A DNA stretch of 45,260 nucleotides from an uncultured Rickettsiales bacterium (GTDB lineage Bacteria; Pseudomonadota; Alphaproteobacteria; Rickettsiales; SXRF01). The notes beneath the pieces are model-generated. The model was not told the origin of the DNA and searched no databases. It saw only the letters and a program-made list of their open reading frames with translations. Shown here piece by piece: positions 20,297 through 30,455 of the stretch. Position numbers and translations under genes: made by a program. Positions within the stretch are counted from its first letter, which is position 1. The number at the start of each line of letters is the position of its first letter. Where the stretch lies: assembly GCA_964529155.1 (NCBI GenBank), contig CAZGVV010000008.1, forward strand, positions 1 through 45,260, in the 5' to 3' direction.

Positions 20297-22261
20297 TTAA
20301 AGACTGCGTAAGCCTCGCACGCTTTGTGCACTGGAAACTGCTTCGTTGGCATCTGGATTTCGTTGAAATTCCGGTACTAACTGCTGCAATACCCCAATAG
20401 CTGCAGGGTTTCCGTCTTTACAGTATTTTTCCATCAGCGCAAGCGATTGTTCCAGTGGAGTAAGCACACATTCACGCGGGGCTGCCACCAAAACGCCCCC
20501 CAGGGCCGTGCGTTTAATGTGCTCTTCATCGTAAAACAGCTCTTCGAAAAGCTTTTCCCCAGGCCGTAATCCACTGAATTTAATCTCTATATCTTTTCCA
20601 GGAATTAACCCGGCCAGGCGTATCATTTGGGTAGCCAGTTCAACAATACGGACCGGTTTTCCCATATCGAGCACGAAAATAGCCTCACGCCGGGCTTCCT
20701 GCACGCCCAGTGCGGCAGCATGCATCACCAGTTCAACGGCTTCCCGAATGGTCATGAAATACCGAACCATATCGGGGTGCGTCACCGTTATAGGGCCGCC
20801 AGCACGGATTTGGTGCTCAAATAAGGGGACTACCGAGCCATGGCTGCCGAGTACATTCCCGAAACGCACGGTAAAAAACCGCGTTCCCTCTTTTGCTGAT
20901 TGGCCGAGAGCCTGACACCACGTTTCCGCCAGGCGTTTAGTGGCGCCCATGATATTGGTCGGGCGTACAGCTTTATCGGTAGAAATCATCACCATTGCTT
21001 CTGCTCCCACATTTTGTGCCGCGCGCGCCACATTACGGCTTCCGAGCACGTTGGTGGAGATAGCAGCCAGCGGATTGCTTTCTGACAAAGGCACATGCTT
21101 GATGGCAGCCGCGTGGAACACTATTTGTGGCTTATATTCTGCAAAAAGCGCACATAAATGTGTATCATCTCTCACATCCGCAATGACAGCACGGCATGAG
21201 AGAGTGGGCATGGTTTCAGATAATTCACGGTCAATCAGGTATAGAAAATGCTCACTTAAATCAATGAGCAGTACGCTGGCCGGGGCAAGTGCGGCTACCT
21301 GACGCACCAGTTCAGCCCCAATGCTGCCACCTGCCCCGGTAATGGCGACACGTTTGCCACGCACCAACGCATCTAATGCCGCACGGTCATGGGCATATTG
21401 CGCGCGGCCAAGTAAATCTTCCAGCACAATAGGCCGTAATTCGGACTTTCCGGGGACGCCTTGCTTGAATTCTTCTAATTGCGGAAGGCGGCCCAACGGT
21501 AAACCAAGCGCTTCTGTTTGGAGCAACAACGCTTTTACCTGATCAGACGTCCAATTCGGATCCGTTAAAATAATGCGCTGTGGTTTTAATCCACGGCGCT
21601 CCAGACGGCGAATGACCGTGCGCATATTCGCAGTATTGCCATAAATACGTATGCCATGAAGCGCACGGTTTTTGCGTACAGGGTTTTCATCCAGCAGGCC
21701 GACAATACGGTAAAGGGAGCGGGTATCCCTCAAGCAATCGCGAATAAAAAGTTCGGCATTACCGGTAGCACCGACCAACAGCAGAGGAATTCGTCGTAAT
21801 TCCGCCGTGCCAATATCTATTTGCAGACGCCCTTCTTTTAAGGCCCGATACGCCAACCGTGGCCCTGCCAATAACGCGATTAATAGCAACCAATTGATAA
21901 AAGGAACAGACCGCGGCAAGCCGTCCAAACGGGTAAGAACGAACATGGCCATAGAAAATAACGCCACGGCAACCGTCACGGCTTTCACAATCGCCACCAT
22001 ATCGGGAAGGGAAGCGTAGCGCCATAACCCCCGATATAAACGCATTGCACTAAAGACAGTGGCACAAATCAGCGTAAATAGCATCATGCCAGGAAGGGCA
22101 TAAGCTTGCATATGGATAAATGGGTTTACACCCAGCCGTAAATAAAGCGCCAATAAAAAGCTAAGGGCTGCCATAGCAATATCATGGGCAACTGCTACGC
22201 CACCACGTGCTTGTGAGGGCAAAAAGTCTATAAAAGACCGCAGTTTTTGCAATAAAATCAT
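20297..22261 (-). CDS. membrane-bound polysaccharide biosynthesis protein, CapD/WbpM/PglF-type nucleotide-sugar dehydratase
   Basis: About 4 N-terminal TM helices, then SDR Rossmann regions (VAITGAGGSIGAEL, HAAAIKHVP). I prefer ATG 22261 (MILLQKLRSF...). The ORF-track extension to 22393 is AT-rich non-homologous sequence. Confidence 0.8.
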   Translation of the reverse strand: MILLQKLRSFIDFLPSQARGGVAVAHDIAMAALSFLLALYLRLGVNPFIHMQAYALPGMMLFTLICATVFSAMRLYRGLWRYASLPDMVAIVKAVTVAVALFSMAMFVLTRLDGLPRSVPFINWLLLIALLAGPRLAYRALKEGRLQIDIGTAELRRIPLLLVGATGNAELFIRDCLRDTRSLYRIVGLLDENPVRKNRALHGIRIYGNTANMRTVIRRLERRGLKPQRIILTDPNWTSDQVKALLLQTEALGLPLGRLPQLEEFKQGVPGKSELRPIVLEDLLGRAQYAHDRAALDALVRGKRVAITGAGGSIGAELVRQVAALAPASVLLIDLSEHFLYLIDRELSETMPTLSCRAVIADVRDDTHLCALFAEYKPQIVFHAAAIKHVPLSESNPLAAISTNVLGSRNVARAAQNVGAEAMVMISTDKAVRPTNIMGATKRLAETWCQALGQSAKEGTRFFTVRFGNVLGSHGSVVPLFEHQIRAGGPITVTHPDMVRYFMTIREAVELVMHAAALGVQEARREAIFVLDMGKPVRIVELATQMIRLAGLIPGKDIEIKFSGLRPGEKLFEELFYDEEHIKRTALGGVLVAAPRECVLTPLEQSLALMEKYCKDGNPAAIGVLQQLVPEFQRNPDANEAVSSAQSVRGLRSL

Positions 22262-22361
22262 TATAATTCGCTTTTTATCAACCACTTGCGTAGAATTGGT
22301 TTTCTTGATACCATAAGTATACGTTTTTATAGGATCTATAAATATAATTGTGTATGAAGCA

Positions 22362-22414
22362 GCGTATGAATACGCATTTACTTGTAAACGCAAAGGTGCT
22401 GGACCAGCGCCTTT
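22362..22414 (+). promoter_or_regulatory. three adjacent palindromes/stem-loops in the capD-like/sucA divergent intergenic region (candidate operator or leader structure)
   Basis: GCGTAT-GA-ATACGC at 22362-22375. GCATTTAC-TT-GTAAACGC at 22374-22391 (7 of 8 pairs). AAAGGTGCTGG-A-CCAGCGCCTTT at 22392-22414 (11 pairs including one G-U). Confidence 0.4.
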
Positions 22415-22459
22415 AAATCGGCATAATACCTATTTTACACTCACATTGCATGGCATTTT

Positions 22460-25351
22460 ATGACTGTACCCTTTGACTCCACGCCTATTTTTTCCGGTAA
22501 CGCCACTTTTGTAGAAGAGTTGTATGAGCGTTATTTGCAGAATCCGCAAAATGTAGATGCCGCATGGCGTGATTTTTTCCGTGAAACAACGAATGGCTCC
22601 GGCAGTTCAGCACGAAGCGCTTCATGGGCCGCCGTAAAAAGCCAGGTTATCGGCGCAAAAGAAGAGGTTTCTGACACCAAGCCGTCCGCTAAGGATAAAG
22701 GCAAACCTGTTGCAACCAGCCAAGAAGTAATTGAAGCGGCAACGCATGATTCCATCCGCGCCATGATGATGATTCGCGCGTATCGCGTGCGTGGACATTT
22801 GATTGCCAATTTAGACCCGTTAGGTTTAGAAGGCGGCGAGCCGCACCCGGAATTAACACCAGAGCATTACGGCTTTACTGAGGCCGATTATGATAAGGAC
22901 ATTTTTCTCGATGGCGTGCTGGGCCTGAAAAAAGCTAAGCTGCGCGATATTATTTCTGCATTGCGTCAAACGTATTGCGGCACGGTGGGCGTAGAGTTCA
23001 TGCATATCCAGCACCCCGAGCAAAAAAGCTGGATCCAGCATCGCATTGAAGACACACGCGGCCGCCCACAATTCAGCGCCGAAGACAAGAAGGCGATTTG
23101 GAATTCACTTGTAGAAGTAGAAGCGTTTGAGCAATTCCTGCAAGTGAAATATCCCGGCACGAAGCGGTTCTCGGCCCAAGGCGGCGATGCTATGATTCCA
23201 GGTTTGGAATCTATTATCAAAACGGCTTCAAGCCTTGGCGTGCAGGAAATTATTTTCGGCATGCCACACCGTGGGCGTATGAATGTGCTCACCACCATTA
23301 TGGGCAAACCTTATGCGGAATTGCTTTCTATTTTCCAGGGCAATTTAGATTTTCCGGAATGGATTAACTCATCCGGTGACGTAAAATACCATTTGGGCGC
23401 AACGACGGACCGTAATGTAAACGGCAAGAATGTGCACATGAGCTTGCTGTCCAACCCATCGCATTTAGAGGCTGTTGATCCCGTAGTCTGCGGTAAGGTG
23501 CGTGCAAAGCTTGATATTCGCGGTGATTCCGAAGCGAAAACATCCGTAATGGGTGTATTGATGCATGGTGACGCAGCGTTTTGTGGCCAAGGTAGCGTTG
23601 CTGAGACACTGGCACTTTCCGAGCTTCGTGGTTACCGCACAGGCGGCACGATCCATTTGATCGTCAACAATCAGATCGGCTTCACCACCAGCCCCAAATA
23701 TAGCCGTTTTACCCCCTACCCCTCCGACATTGCCAAAGCCGTGCAAGCACCGATTTTCCATGTGAACGGGGATGACCCGGAAGCTGTGGCATTCGTATGT
23801 CGTCTAGCCGCCGAGTTCCGCCAGGAATTCAAGCGCGATGTGGTCGTGGATATGTTCTGCTACCGTAAATACGGGCATAATGAATCCGATGAACCGATGT
23901 TTACGCAACCGTTAATGTACAAAGAGATCGCGCGTCATGCCCTACCGGCGCATATTTATTCCGACCGCCTGGTGGCGGAAGGTACGGTTTCAAAGGAAGA
24001 GGTTGACCAGCGTTTCGCGGAATTTAAATCCAAATACGAAAAAGATTACGAAACCGCAAAAAACTTTAAGCCGAATAAGGCAGACTGGCTGGAAGGTAAC
24101 TGGACCGGGTTTGAACCTCCCAAAACAGAGCAGGAAGAACCGGTTACTGGCCTGGAAGAAAACATGCTCAAAGCCATTGGGGAGGCGCTTTCTATGCAAC
24201 CCCAAGGCGTACATCTCAACTCGAAAATTATTCGTCAGTTGGAAGCAAAACGTAAGATGGTCGAAACCGGCGCTGGCTTTGACTGGGCAACCGCGGAAGC
24301 GTTGGCGTTTGGAACATTGCTGGCGGAAGAGCATCCGGTGCGTTTATCGGGCCAGGATTGTGGCCGTGGCACCTTCTCGCAACGGCATGCCGTATTGGTG
24401 GACCAGGACAATGAGCAGCGCTATGTGCCGTTAAATCATGTGGCTGAGGTGCAATCGCAATTTGAGGTGATTGACTCTTCTTTGTCTGAATTCGCCATTC
24501 TTGGCTTTGAATATGGCTATTCGCTGGGGCAACCACAAGGCCTTACCATGTGGGAAGCGCAATTTGGTGATTTTGCAAACGGCGCTCAGGTAATTATCGA
24601 TCAATTTATTGCCAGCGGTGAGAGCAAATGGCTGCGTATGTCAGGGCTTACCATGCTGCTACCGCATGGCTATGAGGGCCAGGGACCAGAGCATTCCAGC
24701 GCACGATTAGAACGTTATTTGCAGCTCTGCGCTGAAGATAATATGCAGGTGGCCAATTGCACAACACCTGCCAACTATTTCCATATTCTGCGCCGCCAGA
24801 TTCACCGCAATTATCGCAAACCATTGATTTTGATGACACCTAAATCACTACTGCGCCATAAGCTTGCGGTATCGAAATTGGCAGATATGGGTAAAAATAC
24901 CCGCTTCCTGCGCTTAATTCCGGAGACAGAAAAACTTATCAAAGAAGACAAGGTAAAACGCGTCGTGCTGACGTCCGGCAAGGTCTATTACGATTTATTC
25001 GAAGCCCGTGCAGAAAAAGGCATTGATGATGTAGCCATCATCCGCATTGAGCAATATTATCCCTTCCCGGCACGCGAACTGAAAACCGAGCTTGCGCGTT
25101 ACAAAAACGCCGAAATCGTCTGGTGCCAGGAAGAGCCACGTAATATGGGCGCCTGGTTCTTTGTCCGCGAACGTATTGAAGCGGTACTGGACAGCTTAGG
25201 CCGCCTGAATGAACGCGTGAGCTATGTAGGCCGGATTGAAGCGGCTTCCCCTGCCGCTGGATACCTCAAGATTCATGAGCGCCAGCAGAAAGAATTGGTG
25301 GATAATGCACTTGAAGTAAAGGGCGCCAAGCTTAAAGCAGCCAAGGCATAA
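22460..25351 (+). CDS. sucA: 2-oxoglutarate dehydrogenase E1 component
   Basis: 963 aa. N-terminus FSGNATFVEELYERYLQNPQNVDAAWRDFF. ThDP-binding region (GMPHRGRMNVL, HGDAAFCGQG) and transketolase-like C-terminus. Confidence 0.95.
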   Translation: MTVPFDSTPIFSGNATFVEELYERYLQNPQNVDAAWRDFFRETTNGSGSSARSASWAAVKSQVIGAKEEVSDTKPSAKDKGKPVATSQEVIEAATHDSIRAMMMIRAYRVRGHLIANLDPLGLEGGEPHPELTPEHYGFTEADYDKDIFLDGVLGLKKAKLRDIISALRQTYCGTVGVEFMHIQHPEQKSWIQHRIEDTRGRPQFSAEDKKAIWNSLVEVEAFEQFLQVKYPGTKRFSAQGGDAMIPGLESIIKTASSLGVQEIIFGMPHRGRMNVLTTIMGKPYAELLSIFQGNLDFPEWINSSGDVKYHLGATTDRNVNGKNVHMSLLSNPSHLEAVDPVVCGKVRAKLDIRGDSEAKTSVMGVLMHGDAAFCGQGSVAETLALSELRGYRTGGTIHLIVNNQIGFTTSPKYSRFTPYPSDIAKAVQAPIFHVNGDDPEAVAFVCRLAAEFRQEFKRDVVVDMFCYRKYGHNESDEPMFTQPLMYKEIARHALPAHIYSDRLVAEGTVSKEEVDQRFAEFKSKYEKDYETAKNFKPNKADWLEGNWTGFEPPKTEQEEPVTGLEENMLKAIGEALSMQPQGVHLNSKIIRQLEAKRKMVETGAGFDWATAEALAFGTLLAEEHPVRLSGQDCGRGTFSQRHAVLVDQDNEQRYVPLNHVAEVQSQFEVIDSSLSEFAILGFEYGYSLGQPQGLTMWEAQFGDFANGAQVIIDQFIASGESKWLRMSGLTMLLPHGYEGQGPEHSSARLERYLQLCAEDNMQVANCTTPANYFHILRRQIHRNYRKPLILMTPKSLLRHKLAVSKLADMGKNTRFLRLIPETEKLIKEDKVKRVVLTSGKVYYDLFEARAEKGIDDVAIIRIEQYYPFPARELKTELARYKNAEIVWCQEEPRNMGAWFFVRERIEAVLDSLGRLNERVSYVGRIEAASPAAGYLKIHERQQKELVDNALEVKGAKLKAAKA

Positions 25352-25476
25352 ATACTTACGGTCTTTTGGTAGGTTGAAGGGTGAAACGGCAGGATACGCA
25401 TTTTTTGCTGGCTTCCCTTGCGTCTGTCCTTTAAATAGGGCCTTCACCCTACTTCAATCCATATAAAGGCCTTATT

Positions 25477-26661
25477 ATGCCCGGTGAAATCGTTGTTCCT
25501 AATCTTGGCGAATCTGTTTCGGAAGCCACTGTTTCTAAATGGTTTAAAAAAGTCGGCGATGCCGTGGCGGTCGACGAACCTGTGGCGGAACTCGAAACCG
25601 ATAAGGTGACGATGGAAGTGAATGCGCCTGCCGCAGGTGCATTGAAAGAAATCAAGGTTAAAGAAGGCCAGACGGTGGAAGTTGGCACATTACTCGGCTT
25701 GATTGAGGTCGGCGCCAAAGGCGCTGCCGCTGCCCAGCCTGCCCCTGCCGCGAAACCTGCTGCACCCGCCGCCACTCCTGCCCCTGCAGCACAAAAAACC
25801 GGCGTTAACCCTGCCACTGATTCCGGACCGGCCGTGTCTAAAATGCTGGCAGAAACCGGCAAAAATGCAGCCTCCATTCAAGGCACCGGCAAAGATGGCC
25901 GCTTAACCAAGGGTGATGTGATGAGTGCTTCTGCTCCGGCTGCAGTATCTACCTCTGCTGGCCCACGCGAGGAACGCGTAAAAATGTCTAAATTGCGCCA
26001 GGTTATTGCTAAGCGCCTGAAAGAATCGCAAAATACTGCAGCCATTTTGACCACGTTCAACGAAATTGACATGTCGAACGTAATTAATCTGCGCAATGAG
26101 TACAAAGATGCGTTTGAGAAAAAACACGGCATTCGCTTAGGTTTCATGGGCTTTTTTGTGAAAGCTGCCGTGAATGCCTTGAAAGAAGTTGCTGCGGTGA
26201 ACGCCAGTATTGAGGGCGATGAGGTCATTTATAAAAACCATTATGACATCGGTGTTGCGGTAGGCACGGAGCAAGGCTTAGTGGTGCCGGTAATTCGCAA
26301 TTGCGACCAGTTGTCCATCATGGAAATCGAGGCGGAAATCGCCCGTATGGCAAAGAAAGCCCGCGACGGCGCGTTGGCGTTGGCAGATTTGCAAGGCGGT
26401 ACGTTCACTATTTCCAACGGTGGTGTCTATGGCTCTCTGATGAGCACGCCGATCATCAACCCACCGCAATCCGGCATCTTAGGTATGCATAAAACCGAGG
26501 AACGCCCTATTGCCGTAAAAGGCCAGGTAGTGATTCGCCCAATGATGTATGTGGCGCTTTCTTATGATCACCGCATTATTGACGGCAAAGAGTCGGTAAC
26601 GTTCCTGGTGCGCGTGAAGGAAGGCGTGGAAGATCCACGCCGCTTGCTGCTGGGGGTATAA
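25477..26661 (+). CDS. sucB: dihydrolipoyllysine-residue succinyltransferase (E2 of 2-oxoglutarate dehydrogenase)
   Basis: Lipoyl domain ([11 protein letters not shown]), Ala/Pro-rich linker, E3-binding segment, and catalytic domain with SYDHRIIDG. Confidence 0.95.
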   Translation: MPGEIVVPNLGESVSEATVSKWFKKVGDAVAVDEPVAELETDKVTMEVNAPAAGALKEIKVKEGQTVEVGTLLGLIEVGAKGAAAAQPAPAAKPAAPAATPAPAAQKTGVNPATDSGPAVSKMLAETGKNAASIQGTGKDGRLTKGDVMSASAPAAVSTSAGPREERVKMSKLRQVIAKRLKESQNTAAILTTFNEIDMSNVINLRNEYKDAFEKKHGIRLGFMGFFVKAAVNALKEVAAVNASIEGDEVIYKNHYDIGVAVGTEQGLVVPVIRNCDQLSIMEIEAEIARMAKKARDGALALADLQGGTFTISNGGVYGSLMSTPIINPPQSGILGMHKTEERPIAVKGQVVIRPMMYVALSYDHRIIDGKESVTFLVRVKEGVEDPRRLLLGV

Positions 26662-26668
26662 TTGTTTA

Positions 26669-26686
26669 TTCCCGTAAAGACGGGAA
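26669..26686 (+). other. stem-loop in the sucB-lpdA spacer (TTCCCGT-AAAG-ACGGGAA)
   Basis: 7-bp perfect inverted repeat beginning 8 nt after the sucB stop. It resembles the hairpin after ettA (CCCG...CGGG core). Confidence 0.3.
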
Positions 26687-26745
26687 TTCAGCGCTTATTC
26701 AACGTAATCCTGCGGCACTCACGCGGGAATGGTAGTGGAGATTAT

Positions 26746-28137
26746 ATGACCAATCAATTCGATCTTATCGTCATCGGTGGCGGCCCCGGCGGGTATGTGG
26801 CGGCCATTCGCGCAGCACAGCTTGGAATGTCGGTGGCATGCGTGGAAAAACGCGGAACGCTCGGCGGCACGTGCTTGAACGTGGGGTGCATACCCTCTAA
26901 AGCATTGCTGAATTCTTCCCATAAATTTGAGGATGCACGCGAACATTTTGCCTCTTACGGTATCAAAGCCAAGGTGGAGCTAGATCTGCCCGGCATGCTG
27001 AAGCAAAAGGATGATGCGGTTTCCAGCCTCACCAAAGGCATCGAAGGCTTGTTCAAAAAGAATAAAGTGACGTATGTGCAAGGGGCGGCAGCGTTTAGCG
27101 GCAAGAATGAAATCACGGTGAATAGCAAAGATACCTACACCGCTAAAAACTTTATCATTGCCACCGGGTCCGAATCCATGCCTCTGCCCGGCGTAGAGGT
27201 AGATGAGAAACGAATTGTAAGCTCCACGGGTGCACTTACGCTTTCTAAAGTGCCTGAGCATATGGTAGTGGTTGGTGGCGGTGTTATCGGCCTCGAGCTT
27301 GGCTCAGTATGGCGTAGGCTGGGCGCAAAAGTGACCGTCGTGGAATTCCTGGAGCGCATTGGCGGGGCCATGGATGCAGAAGTAGCAAAGCAGTTCCAGC
27401 GCGCATTGGAAAAACAGGGATTTGCTTTCAAGCTTGGCATGAAAGTGACCGGCGCAAAGCAGGATGCAAAATCCATTACCTTGAATTTGGAACCGGCCAA
27501 AGGTGGCGCAGCAGAAACTCTAAGCGCTGATGTGGTGCTGGTATCCATCGGCCGCCGTCCGTATACGCAAGGATTGAATTTGGAAGCGGCAGGATTGAAA
27601 ACCGACGAACGCGGCCGCATTCCTGTCGATGCCCATTTGCGTACGAATGTTTCCCATATCTATGCGATTGGCGATGTAATCGTTGGCCCTATGCTTGCAC
27701 ACAAAGCAGAAGAAGAAGGCGTTGCGGTTGCGGAAACCCTGGCAGGGCAAAAAGGGCATGTGAATTACGATGTCATTCCCGGCGTAGTTTATACACATCC
27801 GGAAGTCGCTAATGTTGGCAAAACGGAGGAAGAGCTGAAGGCGGCAGGCGTGGCTTATAAAGTTGGAAAATTTCCGATGATGGCCAATAGCCGTGCCCGT
27901 TCTGTGGCGGATGCAGAAGGATTTGTCAAAATTCTGGCCGATGCTACGACAGACCGGGTGCTTGGCGTACATATTCTGGCGGCGGATGCAGGGACAATCA
28001 TTCACGAGGCCTGTATTGCTATGGAATTCGGCGCATCTTCTGAGGATATTGCCCGTACATGCCATGCCCATCCAACCCTCAATGAAGCGGTGAAAGAAGC
28101 GGCGCTTGCAGTGGCAGGACGACCAATTCATATTTAA
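26746..28137 (+). CDS. lpdA: dihydrolipoyl dehydrogenase (E3)
   Basis: [16 protein letters not shown] motif, redox-active [10 protein letters not shown], and HAHPTLNE at the C-terminus. ATG 26746 is preceded by GGTAGTGGAG. The ORF-track start 26662 is a non-homologous extension. Confidence 0.93.
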   Translation: MTNQFDLIVIGGGPGGYVAAIRAAQLGMSVACVEKRGTLGGTCLNVGCIPSKALLNSSHKFEDAREHFASYGIKAKVELDLPGMLKQKDDAVSSLTKGIEGLFKKNKVTYVQGAAAFSGKNEITVNSKDTYTAKNFIIATGSESMPLPGVEVDEKRIVSSTGALTLSKVPEHMVVVGGGVIGLELGSVWRRLGAKVTVVEFLERIGGAMDAEVAKQFQRALEKQGFAFKLGMKVTGAKQDAKSITLNLEPAKGGAAETLSADVVLVSIGRRPYTQGLNLEAAGLKTDERGRIPVDAHLRTNVSHIYAIGDVIVGPMLAHKAEEEGVAVAETLAGQKGHVNYDVIPGVVYTHPEVANVGKTEEELKAAGVAYKVGKFPMMANSRARSVADAEGFVKILADATTDRVLGVHILAADAGTIIHEACIAMEFGASSEDIARTCHAHPTLNEAVKEAALAVAGRPIHI

Positions 28138-28202
28138 GGAGCTGCGATTGGACGAAAAAACATGCTGCCAAAACAGGTAATTATTGGGCTCTATTTCACC
28201 CC

Positions 28203-28231
28203 TTGATTCCTGTACTGATTAGTACTATAAT
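28203..28231 (+). promoter_or_regulatory. candidate sigma70-type promoter of rpoH (TTGATT-N17-TATAAT)
   Basis: TTGATT at 28203-28208, a 17-nt spacer, then consensus TATAAT at 28226-28231. This is 26 nt before the rpoH ATG, with AAGGAG at 28241-28246. Confidence 0.5.
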
Positions 28232-28256
28232 CGGGCATCCAAGGAGAATTATCATA

Positions 28257-29150
28257 ATGACTCAAGCAAAAGCTCTGGCATTGACGCCGGCGTTGCCTGC
28301 CTCTCTGCCTCTGTTAGCACCTGTTGATGGACTGCGGCGTTATTTGCAGGAAATCAGCCGGTTTCCCCTACTTTCGCCCGCCGATGAGCACGCCCTGTCT
28401 GTGAAATGGCGCGCAGATGGTGATGTTGCCGCAGCGCATCGCCTGGTGACGTCGCATTTACGCTTAGTCGCGAAAATTGCCCTGCGTTATCGCGGCTATG
28501 GGTTGCCGCTGGCTGAGTTGATCTCGGAAGGCAATATCGGCCTGATGCAGGCGGTGAAACGCTTTGAACCCGAACGAGGCTTCCGTTTGTCTACCTATGC
28601 GATGTGGTGGATCAAAGCCGCGATTCAGGAATATGTGCTGCGCTCATGGTCGCTGGTGAAAATCGGCAGCAGCGCTTCGCAAAAACGCTTGTTCTTTAAC
28701 TTACGCAAATTAAAGCAGAAGATCGGCGTGGAAAGTGCTGAGATGACGCAAGAACAAGTGCGCGATATTGCACTGCGGCTGGAGGTGACGGATCAAGACG
28801 TGATCGACATGAACCAGCGTATGACGGCATCGGACGTGTATTTAAACAGCCCGGCCAGCGCCGATGGCGACAGTGAGAAAATGGATTTCCTGGTTGAACC
28901 AGAAGCTAATCAGGAAACGCAACTGGCCAACCGCCAGGAGGCAAATGCTCGCACTAGATTGCTGACCCATGCATTGGCGCTGCTCGACGAACGTGAACGC
29001 GATATTTTAGAAAAACGCCGCCTTCAAGATGACCCGGTAACACTGGAAGAATTGAGCGGTATCTATAATATTTCCCGCGAACGGGTGCGGCAAATCGAAG
29101 TACGCGCGTTTGAAAAGCTGCAAAAGGCAATGCTGGCACAGGCGGCATAA
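28257..29150 (+). CDS. rpoH: RNA polymerase sigma-32 factor RpoH
   Basis: RpoH box (SQKRLFFNLRKLK), region 2 (LISEGNIGLMQAVKRFEPERGFRLSTYAMWWIKAAI) and region 4 (LEELSGIYNISRERVRQIE). ATG 28257 has AAGGAG upstream. Confidence 0.93.
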   Translation: MTQAKALALTPALPASLPLLAPVDGLRRYLQEISRFPLLSPADEHALSVKWRADGDVAAAHRLVTSHLRLVAKIALRYRGYGLPLAELISEGNIGLMQAVKRFEPERGFRLSTYAMWWIKAAIQEYVLRSWSLVKIGSSASQKRLFFNLRKLKQKIGVESAEMTQEQVRDIALRLEVTDQDVIDMNQRMTASDVYLNSPASADGDSEKMDFLVEPEANQETQLANRQEANARTRLLTHALALLDERERDILEKRRLQDDPVTLEELSGIYNISRERVRQIEVRAFEKLQKAMLAQAA

Positions 29151-29220
29151 GAGCCGCCTGCTTGCCTGGGTTAAGCCTGCGTGGTATGAGATACATATTC
29201 CCTTACCTAATAGGCTTATT

Positions 29221-29790
29221 TTGCATTTCTTCAGCCAATTTTTTTCTTCTTCTACTAAACACCACGCCCATGATGTGTATGCCGCATTGGTAACACAGGC
29301 ACGCAAGCCGGTGCTCTATATGACATGCGGCATCCCCGACACTTTAGATGGCCGCTTTGACGCAATTTTGTTGCATTTATTTTTGCTGCAGCGCCGTTTA
29401 AAAGAGCTGGCCACTCATGAAGCAGCTACGCTTGGCCGCCACATTCAGGAGGCCTTCATTTCTGACATGGATCGCGGGCTGCGTGAGCTTGGAGTAGGTG
29501 ATACGGGTGTTTCTCACCGCATTCGCAAAATGGCCAGCGCATTGCTTGGCCGCATTGCCAGCTATGACGCTGCCTGGGGAGATGAGAAAGCGTTTCGGGA
29601 TGCGCTGACTCGCAACCTATACCGGGGCAATCATCCGACGGGGGCACAGTTAGATGCACTCATGCAACAACTTCGTCAGGTGGCAGACTGCTTGCATAGC
29701 TGGAATAGTCAAAACATACCTTTTACCCCTACTCACGCGATCAACAATTCTTTGGCGCCATCCGAAAAAAGTGCTGTAGACGCGCTGTAA
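29221..29790 (+). CDS. ubiquinol-cytochrome c chaperone (Cbp3-like) family protein
   Basis: VYAALVTQARKPVLY..GIPDTLDGRFDAILLHLFLLQRRL..DMDRGLRELGVGDTGVSHRIRKMASALLGR fits the family pattern. The ORF-track start 29110 overlaps rpoH. In-frame TTG 29221 gives a family-typical length of about 189 aa. The start is uncertain. Confidence 0.7.
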   Translation: MHFFSQFFSSSTKHHAHDVYAALVTQARKPVLYMTCGIPDTLDGRFDAILLHLFLLQRRLKELATHEAATLGRHIQEAFISDMDRGLRELGVGDTGVSHRIRKMASALLGRIASYDAAWGDEKAFRDALTRNLYRGNHPTGAQLDALMQQLRQVADCLHSWNSQNIPFTPTHAINNSLAPSEKSAVDAL

Positions 29791-30407
29791 GCCTTATTTC
29801 CGATACCGCTGGGTAAAATCGGCTTTTTCAACTCGTTGAACGATTTTAACGCCATGCCTGATAAGGGTGTTTGTGCAAGCGTAGTAGTAGCAAAAAATGA
29901 CGATTCAGATACGGCATCTTCTTGCATAGAGGCAAGCTTTGCGCTTAACGAATTATCGGTTTTACTGGCATGCGCTTGCGTTTCTAAAACGTGGCTAAAA
30001 ATACTCATGGGATTTGTTTGTTCCGGCGTGACTTGCGGAAGCTTTGGAATATTTTCCGGCTGATAGCTCATTATTAAGCCACTGGCTTGAGGATCTGGGG
30101 GTTGCTGGCCTAATATATGAGCCATGAAGAGGGTAGGAAAACTATGGATTACTCCACCTGGAGCAGGCCCCAACAGCCCATTAAATGCACTTGATGCCGC
30201 AGCAGGAGTTTCTATCTCCGCTTTTGCAGACGCATATGCAGCGCTATTTTTTGATTCGCTTCCTACCCGCACATCCGCTATGGGTGCCGCCACATGCGTG
30301 ACAGGTATACGACCAATCACAGGTGTTTCTGAGACAATGGCACTTGCCACCGAGGGAGTCGGCGTGATACTGGATGTAGGTGAAAACGGCGCATTGATAG
30401 CGTACAT
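29733..30407 (-). CDS. hypothetical Ser/Ala/Pro/Thr-rich protein (probably disordered), no family recognised
   Basis: 224-aa ORF. Codon first positions are strongly purine/G-rich in the sampled stretch 30241-30300 (ACG CAT GTG GCG GCA CCC ATA GCG GAT GTG CGG GTA GGA AGC GAA), better than the opposite-strand ORFs. Confidence 0.5.
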   Translation of the reverse strand: MYAINAPFSPTSSITPTPSVASAIVSETPVIGRIPVTHVAAPIADVRVGSESKNSAAYASAKAEIETPAAASSAFNGLLGPAPGGVIHSFPTLFMAHILGQQPPDPQASGLIMSYQPENIPKLPQVTPEQTNPMSIFSHVLETQAHASKTDNSLSAKLASMQEDAVSESSFFATTTLAQTPLSGMALKSFNELKKPILPSGIGNKAYSASTALFSDGAKELLIA

Positions 30408-30455
30408 AACCCAACCTTATGATATTATAGCAAAAATGAAGGATAGAGTAAAGGC

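Noticed and set aside
22262-22393. N-terminal ORF extensions offered by the ORF track: CapD-like to 22393, lpdA from 26662, rpoH from 28203, mdh from 2870, the Cbp3-like gene from 29110, and lptD to 39262
   Set aside because: The extensions are AT-rich or hydrophobic sequence without homology. They overlap regulatory or neighbouring sequence. Internal ATG (or TTG) codons with Shine-Dalgarno motifs match the N-termini expected for each family.
27520-28131. 203-aa minus-strand ORF (also 27135-27620 and 26980-27261)
   Set aside because: They lie entirely inside lpdA on the opposite strand. The translations are Cys/Arg/His-rich junk with no motif.
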